This document shows positions 36,251 to 51,138 of a stretch of 64,000 bases of DNA, one piece after another. The stretch is taken from contig NC_043003.1 in NCBI RefSeq assembly GCF_006345805.1, positions 15,624,001 to 15,688,000 on the forward strand, written 5' to 3'. Origin of the DNA: Octopus sinensis (Eukaryota). The notes under the pieces were generated by a model. It did no database searches. It saw only the letters and a program-made list of their open reading frames with translations, and was not told the origin of the DNA. How positions within the stretch are numbered: the first letter of the stretch is position 1; each line of letters begins with the position of its first letter. The translations under genes and the position numbers were made by a program.

Positions 36251-36749
36251 GTGATTTGCATTACCTTTAGATATAATATACATAAAAGTAATGAATTTGT
36301 GTAATATTTTTGTTGTTGTTAGGTTCACCGCAACTACTGAGAAACGTTGGCTTCTTTTATTTACCGAAGTTGGTGCACGAGGGTTTATCTTGAACTCCGT
36401 GTAACAAACATTTGGTTAACTCGGATTCAACGGTTGCAAAAGAACGACAACGATGAAGCGCCTTTTACAAACAGCTGAGAAGAGCTCAATGCGTTTATGG
36501 GTAAAGAGAAGCAATAGCTGGAGATGAAATGAAATACTGCGAGTCGCTAAATAAAGACAAATATGAAGAAAATCCAAGTTCATATAGTCCACAGGGCAAA
36601 TTCTTTCGGTCATCGTGGCCGTCTGAGCATGCAACAGTACTGGAAAATAAGGTCCCCACTTAAAGGCAACATTTCGAAACTGCAGGAGGACTGCAAGGAG
36701 TCATGATCTCGATAGGCCGTTTCCTTTAGAGTGTCGGAAGCTAAGGAGC

Positions 36750-36944
36750 ACGCCGGGTGAAATACTTAGCGTTACGTTCTGAGTTCAAATTCCGCCGATG
36801 TCGACTTTGCCTTTCATCCTTTCGGGGTCGATAAATTAAGTACCAGTTACGTACTGGGGTCGATGTAATCGACGTAATCCGTTTGTCTGTCCTTGTTTCT
36901 CCCTTCTATGTTTAGCTCCTTGTGGGCAATAAAGAAATAAGAAA
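36750..36944 (+). mobile_element. 5'-truncated tailed family-B SINE with TSD
   Basis: ctaaggagc at 36741-36749 and 36945-36953; ends aataaagaaataagaaa. Confidence 0.9.
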
Positions 36945-37689
36945 CTAAGGAGCTGAAACCCTTGCTTAACGAGGTCTTCCTACTGTCTTCTAGCTCCGTA
37001 GCGAATTTCCATTTTCTTATTACAGCAGACACAATAACACTAATTTACAGGCAAAGAGAGTGGTTTTGTACGACCTGGATAGCTTTCTTGTTGATTTATT
37101 AAAGATCATCGTCGGTTAGGATTGACAATGTCTCTGAACTGCAAACCTCCGCATTTTGAAGTAGGTCTATTCTAGGGTTCCTGTTTTCATCGAAGACCAG
37201 CACAAACACCTGCAACAAGTCTCCCCTATCCAAGGGAAGGCTAGGATTGATAGAGATTTGCAACAGTCGCAGTTAAACTCAGAAAGTAATGAGCTAGAAC
37301 AAAATAACCGCAGCCATTTTGTTCAACGTTTTACGAATTCAGCAAAACCTTCGCTTGGGCTGGTATTTTATTTTATCGACACTCGAAAGGATGAAAAGAA
37401 AGTAGACGTAGGCGAGATATGAACTCAGAATACAAAGAACCGGTAAAATTATGCAGAACATTGTGTACAAGGTTTTTGCTAATCCGCTGCAGTGATATTA
37501 GTTGCGCAAATGTAGGAAAATGATTTGAGTCGAATATCAAGACAATTGCAGAACAGCCCCTCTGTTAGCTACAGGTCACTCATAAGCCATGAAACTTAAG
37601 TGGGACTTAACTATTTGTCGACATTGCTAGGAATTGAACTGCTCCAGATATAAATAGCGTGGATGCTTATCATTTTAACTAAAGCTTTT

Positions 37690-37740
37690 TAAGTGAATTT
37701 GGTAGACGGAAACTGTATGGAAGCCCGTCGTGTATGTATG

Positions 37741-37780
<40 letters not shown>

Positions 37781-38240
37781 CACAACACAAATACATATAT
37801 ATATACATACACAACACAAATACATATATATATACATACACAACACAAATACATATATATATTATACACAACACATAAATATATATATATATGCACACAT
37901 ACAAATACATATAGATATATATGTACACACACGTAAACATACATATATATGCACACACACAAAAATACACATATACACACAGAAAAATGCACTTCTATAC
38001 ACTCACAAATATATATGTATGTATGCTTGTGCCTGTGCTTGTCCTCCTCGTCGCTTGACAACCAATGTTGGTTTATTTATGTCCCCGTAAGGTGGCGGTT
38101 CGGCAGACGAGACTGATTGAATTAGAAACAGTCTTAAAATAAAAACAAAGTACTAACTGGATTAAGTCTATTTTTTTCAAGTAAACCCCCTGAAGCGGTG
38201 CCCCAGCATGGCCGTAATCCGAAGACTGAAACATGTAAGT
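37690..38240 (+). mobile_element. 5'-truncated family-A SINE with ~300-bp expanded internal microsatellite
   Basis: gtagacggaaactg..gaagcccgtcg, TA/CA tract, cgcttgacaacc...ccccagcatggccg. Confidence 0.8.
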
Positions 38241-39249
38241 GATAAATGTTAATTCTTTAGAAGGGTCAAGAGGATCGGTGTTCAACGCCAGTTTCAAGAG
38301 TGTTAAACTGATCAGCTGTGGAATCTCTGTTTGGATAAAACATCAGTTTTTGAAAGGTAACTTCCGCCTCGGGAACTAGAATAAATGAGCTGACGAAAAT
38401 CACAAGGAAATGACAACAGCTGGTATAGACACACAACTTATGAATTCATTGTGCAAACCAGATAGTTTCGTCTCTAAAAACTTCACGAGGTATATAAGAT
38501 AAAAGGAAATGACAAAAATAATGTGAAGTGTTGAAAAAGTAAAGGAAAAAGAAACGAAAGCCAAATATGTCGGTAAAGTATGAAATAGCACAGAAGATCA
38601 TATATACAAAATAAGATAGAAAATAAGACATTCGGTGGGCGGGAGTAGAGTGTAAATATTCTAATACAACTATCTGGTATACGTATGGCTATGTGGTTAA
38701 GAAGCTCGCTTCAGCGATAGGAAGGTTTCATGTTCAGTCCTTCGGCGCAGCACCTTCAATCCTGCAACTAACTGGCTTCCTGTCCAAAGAGAAGAGGGGT
38801 TTGTTGCGATCTCTGTGACTTCCATGTCATACTCACCAGCATTTCGTCTGACAAGTGCTCTGGCTGATTCGATCAGTGGAAGTGCATGCTCGTGAAATTA
38901 ACGTGCAATTGGCTGAGCACTCCACAGATGTCCTTAAAATGTAGTTCTCAAGGAAAGTCAGCGGGACACAGAATATGACAAGGCTGGTCCTTTAAAATAC
39001 AAGTACCCCTTAATATTTGCCAGCTGAGTAGATTGGAGCAACATGAAATAAAGTGCCTTCCTCATGAGACACAACGGACCGCTGGGTGTCAAACACAGGG
39101 CTTAGTATTGTGAGCCGTAAACCCTAACTACTAAGCCACTCGTTTCCTACATCATAGAAACCGGCTAACTGGTTTTATGTGTACTAGGGATCGAGAAGAA
39201 AAAATGAATAAAAACATTAGAACACTAAAAGATGTCCCTTGCAATATAT

Positions 39250-39543
39250 GGTGGAATTTGAACTCAGAACGTAAAGACAGACGAAATACTGCTAAGCATA
39301 TCGCCCGGCGTGCTAACGTTTCTTATTTCTTTACTGCCCACAAGGGGCTACACACAGAAGAGACAAACAAGGACAGACAAACGGACCAAGTCGATTATAT
39401 CGACCCCAGTGCGTAACTGCTACTTATTTAATCGACCCTGAAAGGATGAAAGGCAAAGTCGACCTCGGCGGAATTTGAACTCAGAACGTAACCGCTAAGC
39501 ATTTTTCCCGGCGTGCTAACGTTTCTGCCTGCTCGTCGCCTTT
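39250..39543 (-). mobile_element. Family-B SINE nested in an older head with a 20-bp duplication
   Basis: cccggcgtgctaacgtttct at 39304-39323 and 39507-39526. Confidence 0.85.
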
Positions 39544-40379
39544 AGTACAAGCATAACTGCGTGGTTAATAATCTCGCTCTGCAATCAGATGGATTCAAGT
39601 TCAGTCCTCACACACTTGCACTTTGTGCAAATATCTTCTCCGAGCCGACCAATGCCTTGTAAGTGAATTTGGTTAACGGAAACTGTGCGAAAACCATCGT
39701 ATGTGTGTGGAGGGGGGGTGTCTGTGTGTCTGTTTGTTCCTGCTATAGCTTAACATTTGCTGTTGATTTGTTTACGTCCCACGTAATTTAACGATAGCAT
39801 AAGTACCACAAGTTTAAATACCTAAGGACGAGTATTGATTTGTTTGATTAAACCTGTCAAAGTGTTGCGCCAGAACGGCCACAGTCCAGTGACTGAAAGA
39901 AGTAAAAGATATCTAAGGATTAAATGCATTAATATAATTACACTAACAAAGGCAGCGAGCTGGCAGAAACGTTAGCACGCTGGGCAAAACAGCAGAATTT
40001 CTTCCGGAGTTCAAATTGCGCCGAGGTCGACTTTGCCTTTCATCCTTTCGGGATCGATAAATGAAGTACCAGTTGCGTACCAGTTGCGCCTTGTGCCTAG
40101 AGTTGAAAAGAATATAATTACACTAAAAAAAGCGGAGTGCTGGCAGAACCATTAGCACGCTGGACAAAACGTTTTACGTTCTGAGTTCAAATTACACCGA
40201 AGTCGAGTTTGCCTTTCATTCCTTCGGACGTCGATGAAAGTAAATATAAAGTGAAAACCCGGGATCGATGCAATCGATTTATTCCCTCTCCCTAAATTAC
40301 TGGCCTTGTGCCCATTTGGAAACCAATGTAATTACATTTAGAATATGAATATGCAAGTGAATCTTAAGAATCTTTTCTA

Positions 40380-40807
40380 CTCTAGGCACATGGTCCGAAA
40401 TTTTGGGGAAGGGAACCAGTCAATTAGATCGATCCCAGTCAATTAGATCGATCCCAGTCAATTAGATCGATCCCAGTATGCAACTAGTACTTAATTTATC
40501 GACAGCGAAAGGATGAAAGGCAAAGTCGACCTCGGCGAAATTTGAACTCAGAACGTAGCGGCAGACGAAATACCCATTCCTTTACTACCCACAAGGGGCT
40601 AAACACAGAGAGGACAAACAAGGACAGACAAACGGATTAAGTCGATTATATCGACCCCAGTGCGTAATTGGTACTTATTTAATCGACCCCGAAAGGTTGA
40701 AAGGCAAAGTCGACCTCGACAGAATTTGAACTCAGAACGTAGCGGCGGATGAATTACGGCTACGCATTTCACCCGGCGTGCTAACGTTTGTCCCAGCTCG
40801 CCGCCTT
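40380..40807 (-). mobile_element. Family-B SINE, tailed unit nested in an older-tail host; host has a 19-bp unit x3
   Basis: Junction ~40574/40575; ccagtcaattagatcgatc x3 at 40416-40472. Confidence 0.9.
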
Positions 40808-41135
40808 AATCTTAAGATAAGAATGATATTGAACTGAATTAGTAAAGTTAGTCATTAGTTTCATGGGATTCCTCAAACGTATAAATCAATCATCGTTTCC
40901 GTTAGGTCTCTGCCGTTATAAAGAGATGTAAGATAAAATGTTTATTCTCCATAGAAGCACTCCAGTACGAAACCAAATGTTTTGTATCACTTTGTATTTC
41001 TGTCATTCGGAAACTTTCTTGTAACTTTTTCACTCTTTTGCCTTGATTCGCTCATTGGACTGCGGCTATGCTGGGGCACTGCTTTATAGGGTCAGTCGAA
41101 CACATCGATTCCAGTACTTAGTTATTGTTGTTTGT

Positions 41136-41430
41136 TCCTACTCGAGCCATGCCTAGCTCATAAGGGTCGGTTTCCGGTTTCATTGGCGTATAGGTTACCC
41201 ACCTGGACGGAACACCGGTTCGTCACAAGTGAACTGCTAGATGCAAGAGGAAAGAGTGAGAGAAAGCTGTGGCGAAAGAGCCAGCAGAAGTTCACCATTA
41301 CCTTCTGCCGGAGCCACGTTTAGCTTAGGTGTTTCGCTTATAAACACACACATCGCCGGGCCTAGATTCGAATCCACGATCCGTCGACCGCTTGTCCACT
41401 GCTCTAACCACTAGGCCATGTGCTTCCACT
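41136..41430 (-). mobile_element. Family-C-related SINE
   Basis: Reverse-strand homologue of 44680-44980. Confidence 0.8.
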
Positions 41431-41793
41431 TACTTAGTTTAAGTCTGGTAAATACAATACCCCCAAAAGCGGTGAGCTGGTAGAATCGTTAGCAGGTCTG
41501 TCAACGTCCTTAGCAGTATTTCTTCCGGCTCTTTACGTTCTGAGTTCAAATCTCAATGAGGCTAACTTCGCTTATCGTCCCTTTAAATTCGATAAAAATA
41601 AAGTATCGGTCAAATACTGAGGTTGATGTAATGGATTTGACCCCGTATAACAAAATAGCTCTCTTTGAACTCATGTAAAAGACCTGCATCCCCCTTTCAG
41701 AGACTGTTGCGGACTTGATCCCTGGCGCTCCATGGGAAGCGGATTCACCATCGTAGAATGAGGAATAAGAGAAAGAATGTACAAGCACAAAAA

Positions 41794-42192
41794 AATAAGG
41801 CGGCGAGCTGGCAGAAACGTTAACACGCCAGGCGAAATGCTTAGCGGTTTTTCGTCTGCGGTTACGTTCTGGGTTCAAATTCCGCCGAGGTCGCCATTAC
41901 CTTTCATCCTTTCGGAGTAGATTAAATAAGTACTAGTTATGCACTGGGATCGATATAATCGACTTAATCCGTTTGTCTGTCCTCTCTGTATTTAGCCCTT
42001 TGTGGGTAGTAAAGAAATAGGTATTTCGTCTGCTGCTACGTTCTGAGTTCAAATTTCGCCGAGGTCGACTTTGCCTTTCATCCATTCGAGATCGATTAAA
42101 TAAGTACCAGTTACGCACTGGGAGCGATATAATCGACTTAATCCGTTTGTCTGTCCTCTCCGTGTGTAGCCCCTTGTGGGCAGTAAAGAACT
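41794..42192 (+). mobile_element. Family-B SINE dimer (two tailed units)
   Basis: Junction 42019/42020; agaatgaggaata repeated at ~41756 and ~42193 (likely TSD). Confidence 0.9.
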
Positions 42193-43022
42193 AAGAATGA
42201 GGAATAGATATGTCCAAAGCTTGATGACATGAATTTCTTTGTAACATCTGGGCCCACATAATACCTCTTACTGTATAATACAGAAATGTTGCATAAATTC
42301 TCAGGTTATTTATTTCGAAAAGGTCAGAAAAAGAAGTTATATATTTCTAACGCGACTAATGCTTCACCGAGTCGATGCTAAAGACCGATCTCTACTTAGG
42401 AACATGATAGAAAAAAATCCTCTACGTAGGATTGTTGTCTATCGAAGATAAGCAACCCCTACCTTAGAACGTTCAAATTGAAGAAAGTAACATTTGCTTC
42501 GACCCCGATGGAATATATCTATGATCGGAAGCCTGCCGACACTGATTATCACACTGCTGCTATGATCCCAAATCTGTCTGTCTTTTAAAACTGTCTTTTA
42601 AACTGTCTTTAAAACTGTAAGATGAATTTACAGGAAAGTTAGCTGCTATTTCTAACAAGCCGATTAACTATACAAAGCCTCCTTCAATGACTCTTAGATT
42701 CATATGCTTGTTCCAGAGCATTAGCAAAAGGTCTGTCACAAAATACGAACACATGAACCTGAGTTCAAGTCATGCTAGCACAACTTTTACATTTGACCAT
42801 TTATTTATCTTCGTTTCTTCTGTTTCTTGTTCCAGTCATTCGACTGCGGCCATGCTGGGGCATCGCCTTTCAGGGTATTAGTCGAACAGTTCGCTCTCAA
42901 TGCTTATTTTTAAAAATCTGGTACTTGCTTTATCGATTAGTTTTGCCGAACCGCTAAATTATGGGTGCATAAACAAGCCAACACCATATGTCAAAGGCTG
43001 AAGAGACAAACGAAACCGCAAA

Positions 43023-43059
<37 letters not shown>

Positions 43060-43965
43060 GTACACAACGAACTTCCACACAGTTTCCAGGGATATAGTGG
43101 GATTGAACTCCTAACAATGTGGTTGCAAAGAGTATTTATTAACCAGTGTTTGACCAGTAATCATGTTTCATAAAGCTGGAAATTTAGAAAATATAGAGAA
43201 GAAAGAAATGGCCTATACGTTGGTTCCAAATTTTGGTACAAGGCCAGCAATTTCGAGCGAGAGGAGTAAGCTGATGACGTAGATCCCAGTACGTGAGTCT
43301 ACCCCGAAAGGGTTAAGGGCTAAGTGGAGTCCGGTAGCATTTGCACACAGAACAATGTCGGAAGAAATACCGCTAATCATTTTTTCCGGCGCGGTAACGA
43401 TTCTAACAGCTCACCGCCTTGAAGAAATAAATCATATATTGGCTTCTAATTTTGGCACTAGGCCATAAATATCGAAGGAGTGGATAAGTCGATTACATCG
43501 ATCCGCAGCGCTCAACTGGTATTTATTTTATCGACCCAGAAAGGACGAAAGGCAAAGTCGACCTCAGCGGAATTTGAACTCAGAACGAAGGAAAGAACGA
43601 AATGTCGCTAAGTAATTTGCTCGGTGTGCTAACGATTCTGCCATTTCGCCGCCTTGGAGAAAGCAACAATATATTGCAAGGTACTACTGCCTGTGCTACC
43701 TTTAGAGTTGTAAGCTGGCTTTTTTTTCTTGAGCCCTAGAACTAATAAGGCCTGTTGCTTGGTTTCTATGGTGTAGAAATGGCCAAGATCACAAAAATCC
43801 TCTTCAAAGGGATACCAAGTCGTTACAGGGTTCAAGGCCAGTCATTGTTGAAGAAGAAAGAATGTTTCCTTCCCGAACCGTGCGAGGCTCATAAGGGCTG
43901 CTTTCCCGGTTTCAGTGGCGTAGAAATTCCCCACCTGGACGGGACGCCGATCCGTCGCAGAATAA

Positions 43966-44235
43966 CTGGAGTTTGACTATGACTTCGAAATTCCGGCTTA
44001 CTCGACTTGGTCCTTGCCAAGCCAAAAGCTGATTAGGGTTGTTTCCCGAATTTTCTGGTGTATATATTTCCCACTGGATGGGACGCTGGTCCGTCGCAAG
44101 GTTACTCATTTTTGCCAGCTGACTGGACTGGAGCAACGTAAAATGAAGTGTCTTGCTTAAGAACACAAAGCAACGCCCGGTCCAGGAATCGAAACCACAA
44201 TCTTACGATCATGAGTCCAACACCCTAACCATTAA
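43966..44235 (-). mobile_element. Family-C SINE with the identical 103-bp module, adjoining another family-C-related fragment (43870-43965)
   Basis: Direct comparison. Confidence 0.8.
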
Positions 44236-44679
44236 GTTACTAAGGACGAAAGTCGGTTAAATCAACCCCCAGTACTTTGCTGCAACTATATGTTATCGAC
44301 CTCGAAAGAATGCAAAGTAAAGTTGACCTAGGTGGGATTCGAACGCACAATGTAAAGAGTCGGAAGAAATAACGCAAGATATTCTAACGTAAAGAGCCAG
44401 AAGAAATGCTGGTGATTACTTTGTTCGACGCACTAGCGATATTTTATTTATTTTACTGATGCTTTATTTTATCAATCGCGAAAAGATCAAAAGTAAAGTT
44501 CGGCGGGGTTCGAACTTAGAACCTACAGAACCAGAAGAAATACCGCTAAGTATTTTGTGCAACGTGCTAACAAAACTACTGGCTCGCAGCTTCATTGATT
44601 TAAGTGTGACGTATTTTGATTGGTGAAAAGCTGACTTTTTGTACATAAATTATCTTTACGTTATATTGTTTCATGTGTG

Positions 44680-44980
44680 GAGGCACATGGCCTAGTGGTT
44701 AGAGCAACAGATTCGCCGTCGAGGGAACGCGGGTTCGAATCTCAGACCGGGCGATGTGCGTGTTTATGAGCGAAACACCTAAGCTCCACGCGGCTCAGGA
44801 AGAAGGTAATGGCGAACTTCTGATGACTCTTTCGCCACAAATTTCTCTCTCTTTCATCTTGCAGCTCACCTATGACGGACCGGTATCCCGTCCAGGTGGG
44901 GAACCTATACGCCAATGAAACCGGGAAACCGGCCCTTATGTGCCAGGCACGGCTTGAGAAGGAACAAACAAATATTATTT
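44680..44980 (+). mobile_element. Family-C-related SINE
   Basis: ggcacatggcctagtggttagag (A box)...ggttcgaatc (B box)...gaaaccgggaaaccggcccttatg. Confidence 0.8.
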
Positions 44981-45954
44981 CAGAATCTTCAGCCGGGAAC
45001 AATATATTTTTAGTAGATATAATGTATATGCTTACAGGAAAGAGGCATAGTTCAGTACGATATTACTGGTACTCTTTACAATGAACCCGAAATAATGACT
45101 GACCAGGTCTACACGTCTATTTCAACCTAAAATGCAGAGAAGCTAAACTAAATACTACAAAATATATAACACATTGCTTACGAAGCCCATCTTTGCGCCA
45201 TATTTGCTTTTGCAGCAGCGGTTAAATTTTTTTAACCACATACATATGTGTGTGTGTGTGTGTGTGTGTTATCGTTCGCTATATAAACTGCTATATTGAT
45301 TTATTGTATGGGTGTCGGTGGTGCCTCCTGCGGACGAATGAATATTATATTCATTCTGGACCGCAAGAGTCACCAGTGATATGTTAAAAAAGTTTTTTAA
45401 TGTGTATTATAGTCTATTATACGTCCATTTATTGATTTTTAAAATCATTTATTTATGATTTTCCCTCTATAGATTATGTCACATATTTTTTATTTTTCAC
45501 AAAAATTATCTTATGGAAGGCAGCGCATCCAGTGATGGAGGTGACAGTGGCTTGCACCCTTCTGATATCTGTGTTCAGTACACCTCCAAAATTCGAATAA
45601 TGTAGTTTCAACCACATTGATGTCAGGTTCTGTAAAAAAAAATTTTTTTAAACTGGGCACCACTAAACGCAATCATCTGTGACTTCTATATTATATTAAG
45701 CATCTAGTCAGCAGTCACCCTATTGTGTGCCAAGTCTTAAATCCAACAGCTTAGACTTTTTGCGAACTCATATCATCATTTCTTGTTCTTTAACCACAGG
45801 TAAATTATTGATTACTGAAGGAACAAGGCTACGACACAAGGGATTTTAGCTGCTTATACAGAGGAAAAAGCTAAAATTATGAAGAGGCAGCAAATTTTGA
45901 CAATAAATTAAGGGTGCGACTTACGCACGAGAAAATTCACTATATATATATATA

Positions 45955-46135
45955 GGGAGAATTCACAAAAAAAAAAAACAAAAGACGAAGACAGATAGTG
46001 TAGACAACAAACAAATGTATTAGTTTAACGCTCGGGAAGTGTAAAAGTCTTTAACGTTTCGAGTCTACGCTCTTCTACAGAAAGGAACACAGAAGGAAAC
46101 AAGGACAGAAAATATAGAATGTGTAGCGGCTAACT
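45955..46135 (-). mobile_element. Probable Penelope-like terminal fragment with hammerhead-like relic
   Basis: Minus strand CTGTAGA-a-GAG..CTC-GAAA-CGTT...AGCG-TT; begins at (TA)n. Confidence 0.45.
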
Positions 46136-47319
46136 CATATATAAGTAACTCTAGTTTATTATTGATTTTCACTGAAAAAACTGGGATGCGACTTATAAAC
46201 CACTACTATTATACACGAGGAAAGTTGGTATCTAAGAATTAACTGCCATGATGACACAAGTTTCCACAAGACCGGAAATAGTCGGAAGGTGCCAATCGAT
46301 TACATTGATAGCAGCAATCGATTTATGCTTTATTTTATTGGCTCCCGAATGCATGAGAGATAATGCTGACCTCAGCAGGACTAGAACTCTGGATGCAAAA
46401 TACGGAACAAATACTGCGAGGTATTTGTATTTTGTCTGAATTTCGCCATTTCTTACTTTAGCTACAGATAATTTCTGGAATTTTGCATTTCCGTTGCTTT
46501 AGGGTTTGCGTAACGTTAACGAATCCTAATTGCTTCTTTGAAGGGTCACTGATCTATCACATGATGTTTTACTCGGGGAAGAGTTGAACTCGGAACTACA
46601 AGTCGAGTAAATATCCAATTCTACTACAAGGTCACTGATAACAACGGGGAATTATAAAACATTGCGGTACCTACAAGGAGTTGCATGGACTGGGATATGA
46701 AAGATGCCTTAGCAGTAGGGCAGTGGCATTGCTTATGCGTGTGTCACCCGAATTAACCCTTCAGTCTGCCGCCCCATACGGTCCTCCAAGCCTTTACAAA
46801 TTTATAATGATTCAAAAGTACCGCCTCCACAAAAACACTGCCTGAGACGGACCGGCCCTCACCCTCAAGTTATTCTAGTACATTGGAGTCCACGAAGACT
46901 CGGCAAGGGGGCACAGATGCTCAATTCCCTTGGGGATTATCTAATAACATATCCCCAGTTAATTTGGGATCGACTTATTTTAGTGCGACGCCCAGCATTC
47001 ATAAAGGAAGGTTTAGGCAATAAAACTAGCACCTTGCAAGATCGGGATGCATTTAATTCATTTCTGGAGGTCTGTAAATCAAAGTCAACAATCAGATGGA
47101 ACCAACCGTCTTGGTATTAACTATTTTAATTATTTATTTTTTAAACGCATATGAAGATATGTTGTCGATAAACTCAAAACAAATGAGTGGAAATAAGTTT
47201 GTCAAAACCAGGCTGAACAGAGTGACGGAAATAGGAAAATAGTAACAACGTTCATTTATGATAACAATTAATAATGAATACAGCCAAATTAATGACGAAA
47301 TATAACGTTATACAAATCA

Positions 47320-48017
47320 ATGTATACATATATGCATATATGTAACGATATATGTGTTATATATATATATATATATATATAAATGTGCATATATATATAT
47401 GTATATATATATATATGTATCATATGTAAATATATATATGTGTGTGTATATGTATGTATATATATATGTATATATTTATATATATATATTTATATATATA
47501 TGTATATATGTATATATTTATATAGTATATATTTATATATATATGTATATATGTATATATATATGTATATATGTATATATATATGTATATATGTATGTAT
47601 ATATATATGTATATATGTATATATATATGTATGTATATATATATGTATATATATGTATATGTATATATATGTATATATATATATGTATATGTATATATAT
47701 ATATGTATATATATGTATATATATATATATGATATTATATGCACGTATTTATGTATATATATATGCATATATTTATATATATATATGTGTACATATATAT
47801 ATATGTATATTTATATATATATATGTATATATATGTATATATTTATATGCATATATTTGTATATATATATATGTATACATTTATATGTATATATATATGT
47901 GTGTATACATATGTATGTGTATATATAAGTATATGTATGTATATGCATATATATATATGCATATATATACATGTATATGTATATGCATGTATATGCATAT
48001 ATATATATATATGTGTG

Positions 48018-48062
<45 letters not shown>

Positions 48063-48105
48063 ATGTATATATATGTATATATATGTATGTATATCTATAT
48101 GCATA
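47320..48105. repeat. ~780-bp (TA)n/(TATG)n microsatellite
   Basis: Direct repeats; explains the 250- and 181-aa ORFs. Confidence 0.95.
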
Positions 48106-48319
48106 AAAAATTATGTTATGCCCCAGCATGCCCCAGCATGCCCCAGCATGGCCACAGCTCATTAGCTGAAACTGGAAAAATCAAAATCAAATCAAAATCA
48201 ATATATGTACATACAGATATATAAATATATATGTAAATGTAATATATATATATATATGTATGTAATTATATATATGTATGTAATTATATATATGTAATGA
48301 GATATACATATATAGACAC

Positions 48320-48357
<38 letters not shown>

Positions 48358-49370
48358 GGAGAGACAGAGAGAGAAAGTGAGAGAGAGACAGAGAGAGGGA
48401 AATGACATAAGAAACTTCGAAAGCAGTGGTAGGAAAGTTATGTAAGTGCACAAAAAGTTCGGTTTACATACCTTTTGAATCTAATAAAAATATATTTAAA
48501 CAACAAACGAAGAGGTGGGAAAAACAAAGCTCTGGTATTTTTGTGTGACGATAAGTGTTGCTTTTGGTTATAAGGTGTTCCTAGGTTGGTTCGTTTCTTG
48601 ATTTTGTTTGTTAGTTGAAGCTTTAGTTTTACTCTACTCGAGAGTAAAGGACAACGATATATGAAGGCAAAAGCCGATGTTGATATAGTTTGGTTTTAAC
48701 TGCTGCTGCTGCTGCTGCAGTTGTTGATGTTGCTGTTAGCTGTTGCTCCTGCTGTTAGTGCTGCTGCTGTTGTTGCAGCCGTTGCCGCTTCTGTTGTGTT
48801 TTATATTTCTCGTGCCCACGATCTTTTCATTCAGTCCCCTCCTTTTGCATCGTACTTCCCTCCCACTTTTTTTTCTCCGTCTCAGTATCGGCGCATGCGT
48901 GCGTGCGTGTGTGCGTGCGTGCGTATCTGCGTGTACATACATGGGTGTGTATATATCATCATTTGTGTCGGCGTATGCTTCTTGCCAGTATGAACGTGTG
49001 CGCAAAAACAGGTGCGCGTATGTGTCTCTGTATGTATGTATGTATGTGTCTTCTACAGTCTATATGAGTTGATGCTCGTGTACAAACATCGAAATTAAGG
49101 AACACGTACGTGTGTCTGTGAGTAGATGTGATGGAACATCACTGAATAAAAACACGTGCGATTTTGTGTAGGAGTATTTTCGAAAAAGTTGATATGATTT
49201 TCCCCCCACTTTTTTTTTAATGTTCAGACTGTTGCATCATTGTTTTACCGTATTAATTATACGAACGCTGTTTCATAACATTACGTAGAAATATACAACA
49301 GCTACATAAAGTATCCTATACATTTTTACCTTTCCATCTTCATTATTTTTTTTATATAGTTTTATATATA

Positions 49371-49564
49371 CTCTTTTACTTGTTTCAGTCATTTGACTGC
49401 GGCCATGCTGAAGCACCGCCTTTAGTCGAGCAAATCGACCCCGGGACTTATTCTTTGTAAGCCCGGTACTTATTCTAACGTTCTCTTTTGCCGAACCGCT
49501 AAGTGACGGGGACGTAAATACACCAGCATCGGTTGTCAAGCAATGCTAGGGGGACAAACACAGA

Positions 49565-49650
<86 letters not shown>

Positions 49651-49803
49651 GACAGGCTTCTTTCAGTTTCCGTCTACCAAATCCACTCACAAGGCATTGG
49701 TCGGCCCGGGGCTATAGCAGAAGACACTTTCCCAAGATGCCACGCAGTGGGACTGAACCCAGAACCATGTGGTTGGTTAGCAAGCTACTTACCACACAGC
49801 CAC
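49371..49803 (-). mobile_element. Young full-length family-A SINE
   Basis: All modules; internal (CA)n(TA)n. Confidence 0.9.
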
Positions 49804-49892
49804 TGTATGTATATTATCACAAATGAACAGACAGAAACGTACGTACATACATAAATGCATACATGCATGCATACATACATCAACATGTGTGT

Positions 49893-49929
<37 letters not shown>

Positions 49930-50044
49930 CTTGTGCAAAAGACAAGCTTGTATGCACACTCATAATTATCATTTGACTCTTTCATTCATATTTCGTTCGC
50001 ATTTCTCACGTTCCCTAAAATGCAGCAATACAAATACATTTTGT

Positions 50045-50189
50045 GCGTGTATGTATGTATGTATGCATGCATCTATGTATGTATGTATGTATGTATGTAT
50101 GTATGTATGTATGCATGTATGTATGTATGTATGTATGTGTGTATGTATGTATGTATATATGTATGTATGTATGTATGTATGTGTGTATG

Positions 50190-50222
<33 letters not shown>

Positions 50223-50245
50223 GTGTATGTATGCATGCATGTATG

Positions 50246-50278
<33 letters not shown>

Positions 50279-50530
50279 GTGTATGTATGTATATATGTAT
50301 GCATGCATCTATGTATGTATGTATGTATGTATGTATGTATGTATGTATGTATGTATGTATGTACGTATGCATCTATGTATGTATGTATGTATGTATGTAT
50401 GTATGTATGTATGTATGTTTGTATGTATGCATGCATCTATGTATGTATGTATGTATGTATGTATGCATGTATGTATGTATGTACGTATGTATGTATGCAT
50501 GTATGTATGTATGTGTGTATGTATGTATGC
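50045..50530. repeat. (TATG)n microsatellite
   Basis: Direct repeats. Confidence 0.95.
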
Positions 50531-50883
50531 TTGTAGATACCTAGTTGTATATACGCATGTATATGCATATTCATATATATAAATATATGTGTGTGTGTTT
50601 GTGTGTGTGTGTGTAGATGTGTATATATATATATACATATATATCATTATACGTACGTATATGTTTACACGCACGCACGCACACACACACATATAGGTAT
50701 CTACAGTTCATATAAGTGTGTGCGTATGTGAAGGCTTCTGTGTGTGTGTATGTGTTGTGTGTGTGTGTGTGTATCTAACCGAGGCCTTTGTATGTCGAAT
50801 GAAATTTATGGAACTGCACTTGGAAAGTTTCTCCTCAAGGTGTGTAATTATTATTATTATTGTTGTTGTTATTATTATTATTA

Positions 50884-50938
<55 letters not shown>

Positions 50939-51011
50939 CATTACTGTTATTAGTATTGTAATTTTTTTAATTATCATCCTTTGTTCACATTCCTTCGTCT
51001 TCTTCTTACTT

Positions 51012-51050
<39 letters not shown>

Positions 51051-51138
51051 ATACCGCGGTGAGTTACCAGAATCGTTAGCAAGCCGGACAAAATGCTTAC
51101 CGGCATTTCATCCATCTTCGTGTTCTAAGTTCAAATGC

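Noticed and set aside
38261-38356. 96-nt symmetric + strand exon candidate with an open frame
   Set aside because: Weak donor (GTAACT), acceptor abuts a SINE tail, and the peptide is unrecognisable
40416-40472. Short regular repeats (also 48115-48150, 53041-53077) as a possible CRISPR-like array
   Set aside because: Head-to-tail duplications without spacers, in eukaryotic repeat context
46718-46850. HDV-like ribozyme resemblance (gggcagt/actgcct P1 with G-U, gcctcc)
   Set aside because: P3 cannot form (gcc vs aac), no GG after P1, and no credible P2 or J4/2
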